The notes under the pieces are model-generated. The model searched no databases. It was not told the DNA's origin and saw only the letters and a program-made list of their open reading frames with translations. Shown here piece by piece: positions 11,773-23,378 of a stretch of DNA of 34,873 nt (position 1 is its first letter; each line of letters opens with the position of its first letter). The translations under genes were made by a program, and so were the position numbers. Source of the DNA: Octopus bimaculoides (taxonomy: Eukaryota); NCBI RefSeq assembly GCF_001194135.2, contig NC_068999.1, positions 30,717,919 through 30,752,791 on the forward strand. Direction: 5' to 3'.

Positions 11773-12396
11773 TGTAACGTCTACCTTGACGGTAACTCGA
11801 ACTCATATATATCACATAACTGACTCTGACTCTAACTGAGAACCCATACAATGACTCTATTACTACTGACCTCCTACAACGACTTTACAGTTGATGCTGC
11901 ATCAAAGAGGCCAGGGAATAGAAGAAAGAAGACATGCACCCAACACCAGAGCTGAAGACACCTCCGAAAGGTAGAGGGGTAGGGGCCGAAACCGGACGTG
12001 GTTCCTCCTGATGATGTCTTGAGCTAACTGGATCCTAATCCACCAAGGGAAGGTATGTCAGAAGAAAGTAATTCAACAATGCGAGTTGATGAACTGTAAG
12101 ACGTGTGGCCAGAACCTCCTGGAAAATAACCATAGCGAGGGACATTCCACAGTTGAATTAGAACAGTCACAAACAGTGAAAGAAGACATGCACCCAACAC
12201 CAGAGCTGAAGACACCTCCGAAAGGAGGGGCCCTGCCACGTCAAAACGGTAGAGGAGTAGGGGCCGAAACCGGACGTGGTTCCTCCTGATGATGTCTTGA
12301 GCTAACTGGATCCTATAAAGGAGCTGTTGTGGTAGCAGACCACGAAACATGGTTGAAATTCCATGTGGGAAAGGGTGTGCTGTTTTCACTACAACA
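11773..12396 (-). mobile_element. Probable 3' LTR region of the adjacent gypsy element, with internal direct duplication
   Basis: Minus strand: PPT AAAAGGGGAGA then TGTTGTAGTG at 12396; left end tgtaacg at 11773; duplication at 11924-12037 and 12178-12315. Left boundary and whether it is all LTR are uncertain. Confidence 0.55.
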
Positions 12397-13530
12397 TCTC
12401 CCCTTTTAGTTTTCTTTTTCTTTGGGATGCAAGTGATTTTATTTTACTTTATTCACTTCTTCTTTTTTAGTGGGGTTTTTTTTCCCAACTTAATATTTTT
12501 TCTTTTTGATATCTCTTTGTAGGAACCCTGTATCTTCCTTTTCCTTCCATTTGTATGTGTAGGTTCAACCACCTGTAACGGTGTTGGTACCTGGAATGTG
12601 TCATACAGTCATTCCATAGGTTCTTCCAATCTGACTGGATCATTTTCTATGAATTGCATCTTCAATTGGTGTCTGTGTCTTTTGTCAATAACTTTTCTGC
12701 TTTTAATTCCGTAGATCATTTTTCCTATGTACTTTGTAATTTTACCTTCTTCCCAATACTGTTTTCCATTTTTATACAAAGCCATGCACACCCTATCACC
12801 AATTTTGAAAAAAATTTGGATTGTCTTTTCTGGCATTTTTTCTTTCCTCACTGGGTAACAGTTTAACAAAAACTGATTTCACCTTCCTCGCAAACATCAC
12901 TTCAGCTGGTGAGCTTCCTTCTGGTGTATTGGGGTTTGGTGTCACCCTGTATACCCTCAGGAATTGCTGCAGAGTGACTTCATCTGTGACTTCCTTTTAA
13001 AATTGTCTACAAAATGCTCTGCCTGTCCATTTGATCTAGGATGGTAAGGTGCTACCATGAACATTTTGCAGAATTTTCTAAATTCACTGGACCCAAATTG
13101 TGTTCAATTATCAGATAAAATCATATCTGGGATGCTAAACCTTGAAAATAATTCATGTAAAATATTTATTACAAATGAGGCAGTTGGTCTTTTGCACTTA
13201 ACAATTTCCAGCCGTTTTGTAAAACTGTCAACTACTACTAAGTAGTAATAACCATTTAATGGACCTGCAAAATAGATGTGTAGTCTTGTCCATGGACCTT
13301 TTACTACTGGCCAAGGCACCCGCTTTTGAGTTGGCAATTTCACTGCCAGAGTATATCCTCTGCAGCCTTTTACTACGTTTTCAACTGCCTTGTCCATCTT
13401 CCAATACACATAACTGCGCATAAGCACTTTCATCCTTGCGATCCCTGGATGTCCAATATGGAATTCTTTCAACATTCTTTTTTGTAGTCTCAGGTATCAC
13501 TACTCTTTGGCCATACATCAGTACACTTCG
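12397..13530 (-). mobile_element. Ty3/gypsy pol 3' part (integrase plus C-terminal domain) and PPT
   Basis: FHIGHPGIARMK..RSYVYW (HHCC), PWTRLHIYFAGP..LVVVDSFTK..SDN (DDE core), KIGDRV..WEEGKI..HRHQL (C-terminal domain). Confidence 0.92.
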
Positions 13531-13596
13531 CATGTTAAATATATGTTTACTTTATTTACAATTGACAGATGTTTGTCCTTATCTTGTTTGTTGTTA

Positions 13597-13640
13597 ACAC
13601 AATGTTTTGGCTGATATGCCCTCCAGCCTTCATCAGGTGT
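13597..13640 (-). ncRNA. Degenerate minimal type I hammerhead ribozyme
   Basis: Minus: ACAC-CTGATGA-A-GGCTG(gagggcatat)CAGCC-AAA-ACAT-T-GTGT. Confidence 0.7.
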
Positions 13641-13702
13641 CTTGGGGAAATTTTGAACCTGGGTTCTCATTCCTAAGGTATTTTTCGATGTTGTTGTTGT
13701 TA

Positions 13703-13734
<32 letters not shown>

Positions 13735-13738
<4 letters not shown>

Positions 13739-13808
13739 TCTCTGCCTGGAATCAAACTCAGAATCTTGGGGTTAGTAGCCCATGCTCTTAACTACTACGC
13801 CATATGCC
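13735..13808 (-). promoter_or_regulatory. tRNA-like Pol III module inside the PLE 3' region (second copy)
   Basis: Minus: GGCATATGGCGTAGTAGTTAAGAGCATGGGCTACTAACCCCAAGATTCTGAGTTTGATTCCAGGCAGAGACCTG; same position as in copy 1. Confidence 0.7.
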
Positions 13809-15585
13809 CGTGGGCAATTATGGAGTGAATTTTAGGGCTTATCCTCCTATCCTTTCTTAACACTGGTTCCCATATGCTATTCATATCTGCACTTGGTCTG
13901 CTTAGGAGGTTGTTGTATCCTAGCATATATGTTGCTTCTTTTAGTTTTCATATTTTCCAGTGGTGTTCTCTGTCTATTGTTTTAACTTCATCCCACAGGG
14001 GGAGGTGGTCTCCATTTTCCATACATGATCAGCTATACCCGATTTATCAATATTTCCCCGTGTCACAGCTTTGCAATGTTCATCTACCCTTATTTTAAGG
14101 GGGCCACATGTTTCGCCTTTGTATAACCTAGCACAGCTGCATGGGATGGAGTACATGCAGTTTTTGGTCATATTCTCTTCTATTGGTGGTTTTACTCAGA
14201 GAAATTTGCAAAGTGTTGTATTACTCTTTAATACTGTCTTGATGTCATATGGGCCACATATCTTTTGTATCTTTTTGGAGAGGCCTTTCACATAGGGTAG
14301 ACAGACTGTGGACAGTTTATTGGTTTCATCCTCTCTTTTCTTCATAATTGGAATGGATAGTATGTTTCTGGGTTAGTTGTTGCTTAATAGATTGTTACTG
14401 AGCTTGATCATTTCTTTGTGGTGGATATCACGATCGCTACTTATATTCATTGCTCAATGTTCTAGGCATTGAACAATCCCTCTCTTTACACTGTATGGAT
14501 GGTGGGAGTTGAAGTCGAAGTATCGTCCACTGAAAGTTGGCTTGCAGTATACCGATGTCCTGAATCCATACTTGGTGCATGTTATTAATACGTCCAGGAA
14601 TGCTAGCTGATTGTCTTTTTCTTTTTCCATTGTGAACTGTATGGAGAGCTTTATTGAGTTCACATAATCTAACAGTACTTGGACATCCTCCTGGTGGGGC
14701 CCGAGTATGAAGGTGTCATCAACATATCGAAGCCATAGGGTTGGCTTTCGTGGTGTTGATTCTAAAGCCAAATTCTCAAAGTATTCCATGTATATATTTG
14801 CTATTATATGTGATAATGGCGAACCCATAGCTAAAACCTCTTCTTGTCGATATATATATCAGTGTCCATACTGAAGTGGGTAGTTTCTACACAGATGGTC
14901 AACATTTCCATGTTTAGATAGTAAGTAACAGTATTTAGAGAGTAGGGAGAGGTATAGAGCAAGGGGGAAGCATAATAGCTTAGATAGTAAAGTAGAAGTA
15001 TATAGGCTAAGAGAGCAAGTGGAAGTAGGGAGGTTTAGAGAGCAAGGAGAAAGATAATATCTGAAAAAGAAATTTGAAGAAAATTTGACCCATTTATGTT
15101 CAATATAGTTGAAATGGTAAGCAGAAACAAATAAAGATTTCCATTTAAAAACATTATCCTGTTTAAAGTTGATTCCATCTTTTGTTGTTTTCCTAAAAAT
15201 TATGTAAATCTAAATGTTTATATGAAATGAGAAACACAAAAGATCAGCATATCAATAGATTCAGATTGTTGTTTACCACAACAAATCAAAGATCCTTCAT
15301 ATTTTCATACTACATACAAATATCGTTAAATAAGTTGCGCCATGTGTGATATTTATCATTCAATACACACCCTTTGTGCATATGACATAGAAATAGAATA
15401 CATACAAAACTAACTGAGAATATATTTATGTGTCAATAGCACCATTTGATGAGTTTAGGAAACAATGTTGGTTTATTTCAGTCTGAAGCTGGATGTAGAG
15501 AAAATTGAGACTCTGCCTAAGCTGATGTATCATTTCAATAGGAAGGGATTTATAACACATGCCTCAAACATATCTTTTATTTATT

Positions 15586-15929
15586 TTCTTTTACTTGTTT
15601 CAGTCATTAGACTGTGGCTATGCTAGGGCACAACCTTGAAGATATCTAAAGCCTGGTACTTATTTCATTGGTCACTTTTGCTGAACTGCTAAGTTACAGG
15701 GATGTAAACACACCAACATTGGTTGTCAAGTGGTGCTGGAGAGGGGGCACACACACACAAATATGGAAAAACACACAAACACACATAAATGCTATGGTCT
15801 TCTTTCAGTTTCCGTCTACCATGTCCACTCATAAGGCTTTGCTGGCCTGAGGCCATAGTAGAAGACACTTGCTCAAGATGCCATGCAGTGGGATTTAATC
15901 TGGAAGCATGTGGTTGGGAAGCTTCTAAC

Positions 15930-15930
<1 letters not shown>
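15586..15930 (-). mobile_element. tRNA-derived SINE (first family), near full length
   Basis: Head (gtggttagaagcttcccaaccacatg on minus), core, internal CA repeat and tail all present. Confidence 0.85.
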
Positions 15931-15980
<50 letters not shown>

Positions 15981-17323
15981 CAGTGTGTACACACACACAT
16001 ACGCATGCAGATGATACACATACATACATGCATACATACATATATACATATTCCAAAAGCAATGAGATGGAGAATATCTATGGACAACTGCTTTGAAATC
16101 TGTATCTCCTCAACCCTAATTATATATTTACATCCATACTGAGAATCATTTGTGCACTTGCTTATGTTAGTAAATTCCTGAGCCACAATCCAGAAAAGCT
16201 AGGATCTTCAAACAAAGAAAGAGATAAGCTAATACAAACTGAACACATATAATCTGTATGTGGAACAGAAAAATATGCAAGACATTCATAAGTTTCATTA
16301 TATAACAATTATTGTCATTGTTATCCAAACTCCATTGGTGAAGATTTTGTTTCTCCTAAAAGAAGAAACATACACTCATACATATGTACACACATACATA
16401 TATCAAGTCAATGAACAAGCTTCGGCCTAGTTGCTTGACCTGCTAAATATAGGAGCTAAATATTTTTCAGAATACATCACAAATCACAACATCCAAAAAA
16501 GGGAAGACGCAATGGAGAATGTTGTTTTGATTAATATTAAGTCTGAATAAAAGATGGAATAGTCATGTCCGGAATATTATTAGACAGGCTGTTCTGTTGC
16601 TAAACAAAATCATCATAAATAAGGACACTGTCTGACTCATATTCTATGCAACTTATTCCCATGTGCAGTTATGACCATGTAAGTTTTAGCCACATGTCCT
16701 AGTTGCAGAATCACATTTACTCTTGACACTAATTATATTTCAATTATCATATTGCAAGTATTTCACTTAACTTTTACCAAAGGTGTCAGGTAACAAGAAA
16801 ATTTATCCATTTGCTAATACACTGAACAAGAAAAAGAGGAAGAGACTTTATCTGGAAGTTAAAATGTATACCAACATGAAGGAGGGGTAAAAAGTAAATG
16901 TTACTGCATAGGAATACAGCTGTCCAGTTCTAGAAAGAGTCATAACAGATGAAAGGAAGTGGGTGTTATAGCTGCAATACCAAAATAAAAAAAAAGGTAG
17001 TTGTCACAATGGGCTGGATCATTAGAGTAACCAAAAAAGCATTTCAAAGTCACTTAAAAGTGAAGGAATGTTAATTGTTTTTTCTATTGGAAGGCCGTCA
17101 TTCGTTGTGAGTTTGTCCATTGTGGTCATACAATCAATAAAGCATTTTACTGAGATACCCCAGGCTTTTGAGAAAAGCAATTCAAAAGAAGGTCTGAGGC
17201 ATGGACAAATAAAACCTGGATGTTGCTCTATAACAACAAACCTACTCACACCTCACTTTCTTTCTGTGAAATTTTGGAAAAGCATGAAATGACTTATCCC
17301 ATAGCCATTTCCCCCACCCTCTC

Positions 17324-17360
<37 letters not shown>

Positions 17361-17399
17361 TCCCTGCAGCCCATTCTTTAGTTACCAGAAGCAAAATTC

Positions 17400-18640
17400 A
17401 CCCTGAATGGTCACCAATTTTGGATATAGAATTCATATGGAAGACTGATATTGGATAGCACGAGTGTCGTAATTACAATGAGCTTTGAGAGAGTTTGATA
17501 TTATTTATATATATATATTTTAGATATGTGTTTGAAGTAGACATTTATGCCTTTTTATTTTTGTAAAGCAGCTTGTCCTAGTGGCCATTTTATTTAGTTG
17601 GTACAATTACTATTTCAGTTAATGAGATCAGTTGTTGGTTTGTTCACTTTGTGTATATTGGAGGACGCGCGTAAAGTTAAAGGTGATTCTGAAGAAAAGT
17701 TAACTTTGTACTGTGTTACAAGTGTATTGTTGAAGTGGGGATTATACCAATTTGTGCTCTACCTCCTGTTTTTGCCATTTTTTAGTATTTCTCCCGTTTT
17801 TAAAAAAATTTAATTTCTTCCTGGTATCCACACTTTGCCAGCACATTGTTATGATAAGTTGTATAATCTAGGAATATGTGTTTACTGGCTGAATGCATAG
17901 AGACCCTAAGTAGTGTATTTTTAACTATGTTATTTGGAATATTCCTAGGTTAATTGATTTGTGGTGTATGTAGTTTAATTTGATTAAATTTATGTTAAAA
18001 GTAAAAGTTAAAAGTAGTGTCAAGAAATTTTGCAAATATTATGTGTTTCGTGGGTATTTTAAACCATGTTGGTAAAAGAAATAATGTAACATTTCTCAAT
18101 TTGTCAATTTGCTGTGAGATGAAGAGATTTTTGTTGTTAATAAACCATTACCTAGAAAAGGTTTCCTTCAGTCTGTAGTATTTCCCTCTTTAAATTAGAC
18201 AAAAGGTATATGTTAATAGTATAACTTAACTTTATAAAATCATAAGTACCCATGCTGACATCAAATGGGATAGATATAAGAAGATTTGTTAATCCATAAA
18301 GCTTCGTTGTAATCTAATAATATTTTTGGGGGCAAGAATTATGTTTATTTCTTATTTATAAATGTTGTGACAGATCAAACTCGATTTCAGGCTCATCGAA
18401 TAGGTTTTGAGTGATTAGTGAATAATAGTTTTGGATGTCAAACTGTAAAAACTTTTTGTTTGGTCCTTATATTAGTTTTTTGTGAGATTAATCAGTCATA
18501 TAACTGGTTTCTGCTGGAAGTTATCAGTAAGGGTCTTTTAATGTGAAACACAGAGTTAAAGGTAGGTGTTCAGGTGTATTGTAATTTGTAAATTTTGTAA
18601 TTTTTCTTCTTCGTTTTTAAAATTTGCTACTATAATTCTA
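17400..18640 (-). mobile_element. Old, heavily decayed Penelope-like element of Naiad type
   Basis: Hand translation across frameshifts: FLQFDIQNYYSLIT, LLDYNEALWINK, FDVSMGTYD, QIDKLR, HGLKI, FLDTTFN, IPNNI, KCGYQEEI, YNPHFN. This follows the order recalled for Naiad RTs (FDI..FYPSI / FDVTMGSYDG / GLKIT / FLD / WYNPPF). Confidence 0.65.
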
Positions 18641-19255
18641 ATCTATTTTTCTCTATTGATTTGTAATAGAATTTAAAATGGAGTGTCAAAACAGAATTTA
18701 TAAACATATAAATATTTCACTTACACAGTATACCTAAAGTTCATATCATTTGTATTATTTTATTGCATTTAACAAACAATATTATAATATATTCACAAAA
18801 ACCTTCATATGTACATATTGATATTATTAAAGATTTATGTGCACAAAATTCAAAATTTAGAATTTAATGAACCAACATTACCATATGAAACATATGAAAA
18901 GATTTTAATATTGAATAAAGGATGAGAATTATGATGTAGTTGTTTCTGATTATGAGTGGGAAATCAGAAATAATATATATTATAAAGTAAGTCATTCATC
19001 ATCATCTTCATGATTGTCATCATTTTGCATTCAATCCTTCATGCTGTAATGGATTGGCTGGGTCTTTTGGAGGCAGTGTTTTACAAGAAGTCCTTCTTGA
19101 TGCCAGCCATTTTTGTTATATTTTCCAACATACAGAGATCTATAATGTCATTGCTTAAATATAATTACTACATTGCAATCTTCATGATTATTGAGAATTA
19201 TTACATTGTAGGTTATAAATTCTATGCATATCATTCACATAGATTTTGGTATTAC

Positions 19256-19385
19256 CTTAAATAACAATTTTTTAAAGCAATTATTATTTAAAGCACATAG
19301 GGAGTAGGTATCATTAATAAACTTAAATATAAAGGACTTCCATAAAAACTGACCCGTCAAGAAGATGAACTCATAAAGTATGTCT
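19256..19385 (-). CDS. Candidate internal exon of an unidentified gene: DILYEFIFLTGQFLWKSFIFKFINDTYSLCALNNNCFKKLLFK
   Basis: Acceptor tgtcttgtatattAG, donor AAG|GTAATA, 130 nt open; in-frame stop just upstream of the acceptor; no homology recognised. Confidence 0.4.
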
Positions 19386-19884
19386 CTAATATACAAGACA
19401 GATCAAGGAAATGCTAAAATTTAATTTAATGTTTTAATCTTATTCTTCATCTTATTTTACCACTTGACTGTTTTCTTTAACCTTCTCCCAATTACATGAT
19501 CTGATGGTTCCCTTCTGGTTCAATTTAGGAAATGGCAAGTTATATATTTGCAAAGTACTACTTGTTTAATGCTTGTGAATCTAGCAATGAGTAAAATGTA
19601 TGTACAAGTGTAGCATTTAACCCTTAACCAATACCAATACCTTTACCTCACACACACACACACACAAACACACCCTCTCACACACACACACCCTCTCTCT
19701 CACACACACACACACGTGTGCACGCGTAACTGAATATACTGAATTAATGCTTTAATACTATAAAAATGTATCCACTGAATTATCATATCATAAATTTCAT
19801 GTAATTCTACACTATACAAATAAAAAAATCCAACCATCCTAAACTAGAATTTCAACTCTTTCTGCTAATGAAAGAATATCTTTT

Positions 19885-20475
19885 TGGTTGTGTCACAGAT
19901 ATTATATCTTTTCAATTTTGTTCCAATTATTTTCAGATTTGGTCATACTGATTTAGTCTTGTTTGATAATTATGAAAATGAAATCATTTTTGCCATAAAT
20001 TAATAAATTAAAAGTTAATAACTTTTAAAGTTTGCAAATTTTGGGTAATTTTAACAAATAGAAAGGCATCGTTGTACACATGATTGTAAATTTCACATTA
20101 TTATCTGTTTCCATGGTTACAGTCTGCTCTGTTTTCATTGTAACAAGGATGTTTTACTTAGCACATCTGTAACGCTTTTATCACTGCAACCATCACTACC
20201 ACCACAAGTTTTGACGAGTGACATCATTTTGAGACTGTTGTTATTTTTGTCTGCCACAAAATGATAGCCGGCTCTCATGCAGAAAATGTATGATTTCTGA
20301 CCCTGGTTTTCTGATTGGGTTAAAAATGATCAAACTTTGAATTTCTGTAACTGTTTTCTAAATAAATTTTCTGGGAATAAATGAATTCGGATTCAGCATG
20401 AAAAAATTATATCAATATACCAAATTTGAAAATTTTCACTTAATTTTAAAATTCCCAAATCTGTCAGCAACAGAA
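19885..20475. mobile_element. Degenerate non-autonomous DNA transposon (possible)
   Basis: Weak inverted similarity: gttgtgtcacagat..ttttcagatttggtcatactgat at left vs the reverse complement of the right end, gttgctgacagat..ttttcaaatttggtatattgat. Confidence 0.4.
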
Positions 20476-20702
20476 AAGATCCATGAAAGGATTTTTCATG
20501 ATAAAGCAGCTATTATTATATTATAATGATGCTTCAAGGTGAAAAGGACATGATTGGACAATAAAATATACCTATAATGCTGAAAATTTTTTTATATAAT
20601 TATTAATTTTAAGGATACAGACAAGTTGACTACTGTTACTGATAAACAATTTAATTATAACTTTTCATGTAATGCATTTTAGTTCAGTGATACATTTTCT
20701 AA

Positions 20703-21525
20703 TCTATACTATAAATTGCAGATTCACTCTAGAACGGTGCAGTGGAATCGCATGAAATTCAGCACAGTGGCAGCATGGTCCGTTCATGTTCAGGAGATTT
20801 TTATTGCCCTCCAACTCCCATGGTTACCGAGATAATCGATTATTACTTTTTAAGATAGGAATATCCCATTCAAAGTGGGGAGGGGCGATTTTGTTGCCTT
20901 TCCCATGTGCAAACTTTTACGAAAAACCAGCACAATAAAGATTATTTTTTTCCAAGTAATGTGGCTGGGTTTGTTTTTCGAAAATTTTAATCAGAGGCAC
21001 AGAAAAAAAATAATTTCAATTTTTTGTGCATTAAAAAGCCAAAGCTGTTAGATGCTGGCGTACAGCGATCGATATATACGCAGTGAACGTTTTCTCCATT
21101 TGCGTGCAATAAGGCTTAGGGCAAGCGAGTGTAACATCGAAATAAGTTGAAAAGAATGCATGTGGGAATGCCGTTATAATGAATGCTCATTTAAATGTAT
21201 TTTGCATGGAGTTGATGTACTTTTTAACAGGAGAGGAGTGCCTGCAGGCTGGTTCTTCTCAAGTTTATGCATTTTCAGGTTCAATGTGTTTCAAATAAGT
21301 ACTGACAATTGAAGGTGATTGCAAAGACAAAGAACTACCTGTTCTTTTTTTAACAATTTTAACAGTGAGAACATTGAACAAAATATGTTATTGAAATTAA
21401 TAGTTTGTACCTCAGCTAATTACTGTTGAGAACTGCATAATCCATGTGTCATGTTAGAGATGTAAAAGGCATTTTCGAATTTCATTATTTTCTTTAATAC
21501 AGGCAATGCTGGATATTTCTGCTAG
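20703..21525 (+). mobile_element. Non-autonomous Helitron
   Basis: 5' A|TCTATACTAT, 3' degenerate hairpin CAGGCAATGCTGG followed by ATATTTCTGCTAG|T; A/T insertion site, no TSD, no ORF. Confidence 0.8.
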
Positions 21526-21599
21526 TAATCTACAAAATTGTATTGAAAAAGTCATCATCCTGTATCATATGTCTGAAAGTGCATGTTGATGTAACAATA

Positions 21600-22015
21600 A
21601 AAGTCTTCCTGATTAGGTGCAAGTTCTTCAGCTGCCTTGCCACTCATTTAACCAGCTCTTGATGTTATCTATCATGTTATTTCCCTGCCTCTTTATCTAC
21701 TACCCACAACTCTTCCTTCCATGATAATATTTTCCAAACCTCTGCATCTTCAAAAATGGCCATAATAGATGCTTTTGTTTTTCCACAATGTTCAGTTGTC
21801 ATCTTTCCCCTACTTGTAACACCCATTCATTTGTCTGATGATCCTCGGAAGAGACTCATAACATTCTCCTATAAAACCCACATTTCAAAGCCATTGATTG
21901 TGTTCTCTTCAAATTTGTTCAGAGTCCATGCTTTGCAACTATAAATGCCTATTGGCTGAATGAGTACTCACACTAGTCTTGTTTTTAACTTAGTTGGGAC
22001 ACTTTTGCTAGTCTA
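21600..22015 (-). mobile_element. RTE-clade LINE, RT C-terminal fragment
   Basis: TKLKTRL..YSCKAWTLNKFEENTINGFEMWV..RML.VS....TNEWVL..LENIIMEGRVVG.R.RGR. Confidence 0.75.
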
Positions 22016-22515
22016 GATGTTATTAAGCTTTTCCATTGAAAAAGTAAATGATCCAAATAGTAAATTTCCTATAAGTAAATTAAACTCTTTGTTAATTAAT
22101 ACCACAAATTCTACTAATAATTCTTCTAGATATAAAAATAAAACACAATTTTCTAGCATGACTAATCATAATGATAATAGCAATAACAATAATTATAAAA
22201 CTATTCCACTTCATCTAAATGCTAAAAATAGTAGTGTTTATAGAGTAATCAATAATAAAAGTAATTGTAGGCTCTTTTAATCTAAAAGGTTGATAGGATA
22301 TCATTTCATACAAATTTGTCATGTATAATAAATAAAGATACTCTCAGTATCTTCAACCAATAATATTCTACCAATGTTTCATTTTAGTAAAAGAATGCAG
22401 AAAAAGAAATATTTTATAGTATAATACCCCTTTCTCTTCAAATATAATAAAACAGGAACTGCAAATAGTCTTTAAAATTTTGGAGAAAATTTTACACCTC
22501 AGCAAATTATCTCAC

Positions 22516-22559
22516 ATCAAACTTAGAATCTATTATAGCAGGTATTGAATTACCATATG
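22516..22559 (-). CDS. Candidate small exon: YGNSIPAIIDSKFD
   Basis: Acceptor catgtttgtttAG, donor GAT|GTGAGA; phase-1 start fits the phase-1 end of the 25189-25312 candidate. Confidence 0.3.
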
Positions 22560-22660
22560 CTAAACAAACATGATTTTGACATTAACCATGATAAACATTA
22601 TAAACATAGTAATAATATAAATAAAAACAATAAGAACAACTACATTGATGATGATGAGAA

Positions 22661-22790
22661 AGGTTTCAAATTTTAGCACAAAACCAGCAATTTCTGAGGG
22701 GTAGGGAAGTCGATTACATCGACCCCAATACTTGTTTTACTAACCCTGAAAAAGATGAAAGGCAAAGTCAACCTTGGTGGAATTTGAACT
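22661..22790 (-). mobile_element. SINE (second family), head-truncated
   Basis: gatgaaaggcaaagtcaacc..ggaatttgaact matches 3768-3955. Confidence 0.8.
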
Positions 22791-22829
22791 GAATTCTGTC
22801 AATACACTGCCTTAATAATAATAATAATG

Positions 22830-23039
22830 ATTTCAAATTTTGGCACAAGGCTAGCAATTTCAAGGGAAGGTTAAGTTGACTACATCAACCCAAGTGTTCA
22901 ACTAGTATTTAATTTATCAACTCTGAAAGGATGAAAAGCAAAGTTGGCCTTGGCAGAATTTGAACTCAGAATGTAAGGATGGATGAAATGCCGCTAAACA
23001 TTTTGACTAATGTGCTAATGAGTCTGCCAGCTCTCTGCC

Positions 23040-23040
<1 letters not shown>
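22830..23040 (-). mobile_element. SINE (second family), full length
   Basis: Head GGCAGAGAGCTGGCAG on minus, B box GAGTTCAAATTC, central domain and tail. Confidence 0.85.

Positions 23041-23095
<55 letters not shown>
23041..23095. repeat. (TAA)n microsatellite
   Basis: Direct reading. Confidence 0.97.
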
Positions 23096-23346
23096 TTCAA
23101 GAAACATGTCAGAGAAATCAGAATTGATATGTGAACAGAGCAAGCCCCAAAAACTGCTCTGCTGAGGACAGCTAGGAATTTTAGATTGGTACTTGGCTGT
23201 TGAATGTCTTCCATGATAATTAACAGCCAAGTGCCAAAGCTTATAATGTGTGGAAAGAGACACTGTGAGACCTCTGGCAGCAGGTTGCTGTCTGTTCTCA
23301 CAGAATCAACCAGAGCAAACAAGACTGAGTTCCTTGAGAATTAAAA

Positions 23347-23378
<32 letters not shown>

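Larger units (their letters stand above)
13535..14915 (-). mobile_element. Penelope-like element, 5'-truncated, RT plus GIY-YIG
   Basis: AMGSPLSHIIANIYMEYFE..WLRYVDDTFI..FTMEKE..LAFLDV..FNSHHP (PLE RT); NCMYSIPCSCARLYKGET..RVDEH (GIY-YIG); stops and frameshifts. Confidence 0.95.

Noticed and set aside
11960-12300. Hammerhead-like words (CTGAAGA, CTGATGA, CCGAAACCGG, AAAACGGTAGAGG) in the duplicated block
   Set aside because: I could not fold a canonical core with paired stems I, II and III in any permutation; an Infernal search would settle it
15443-15562. Possible exon (minus MCYKSLPIEMIHQLRQSLNFLYIQ.. or plus LKLDVEKIETLPK..)
   Set aside because: Competing frames on both strands, each with one weak splice site
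17022-17249. 75-aa minus ORF as an exon
   Set aside because: No recognisable homology and no phase-compatible acceptor with the upstream candidate
17440-17500. Possible miRNA hairpin
   Set aside because: No good fold-back, no recognised mature sequence, and it lies in the Naiad-like relic
22017-22280. Asn-rich ORF; possible mitochondrial insertion or exon
   Set aside because: No mitochondrial gene motifs in hand translation; the ORF is explained by AT-rich low complexity
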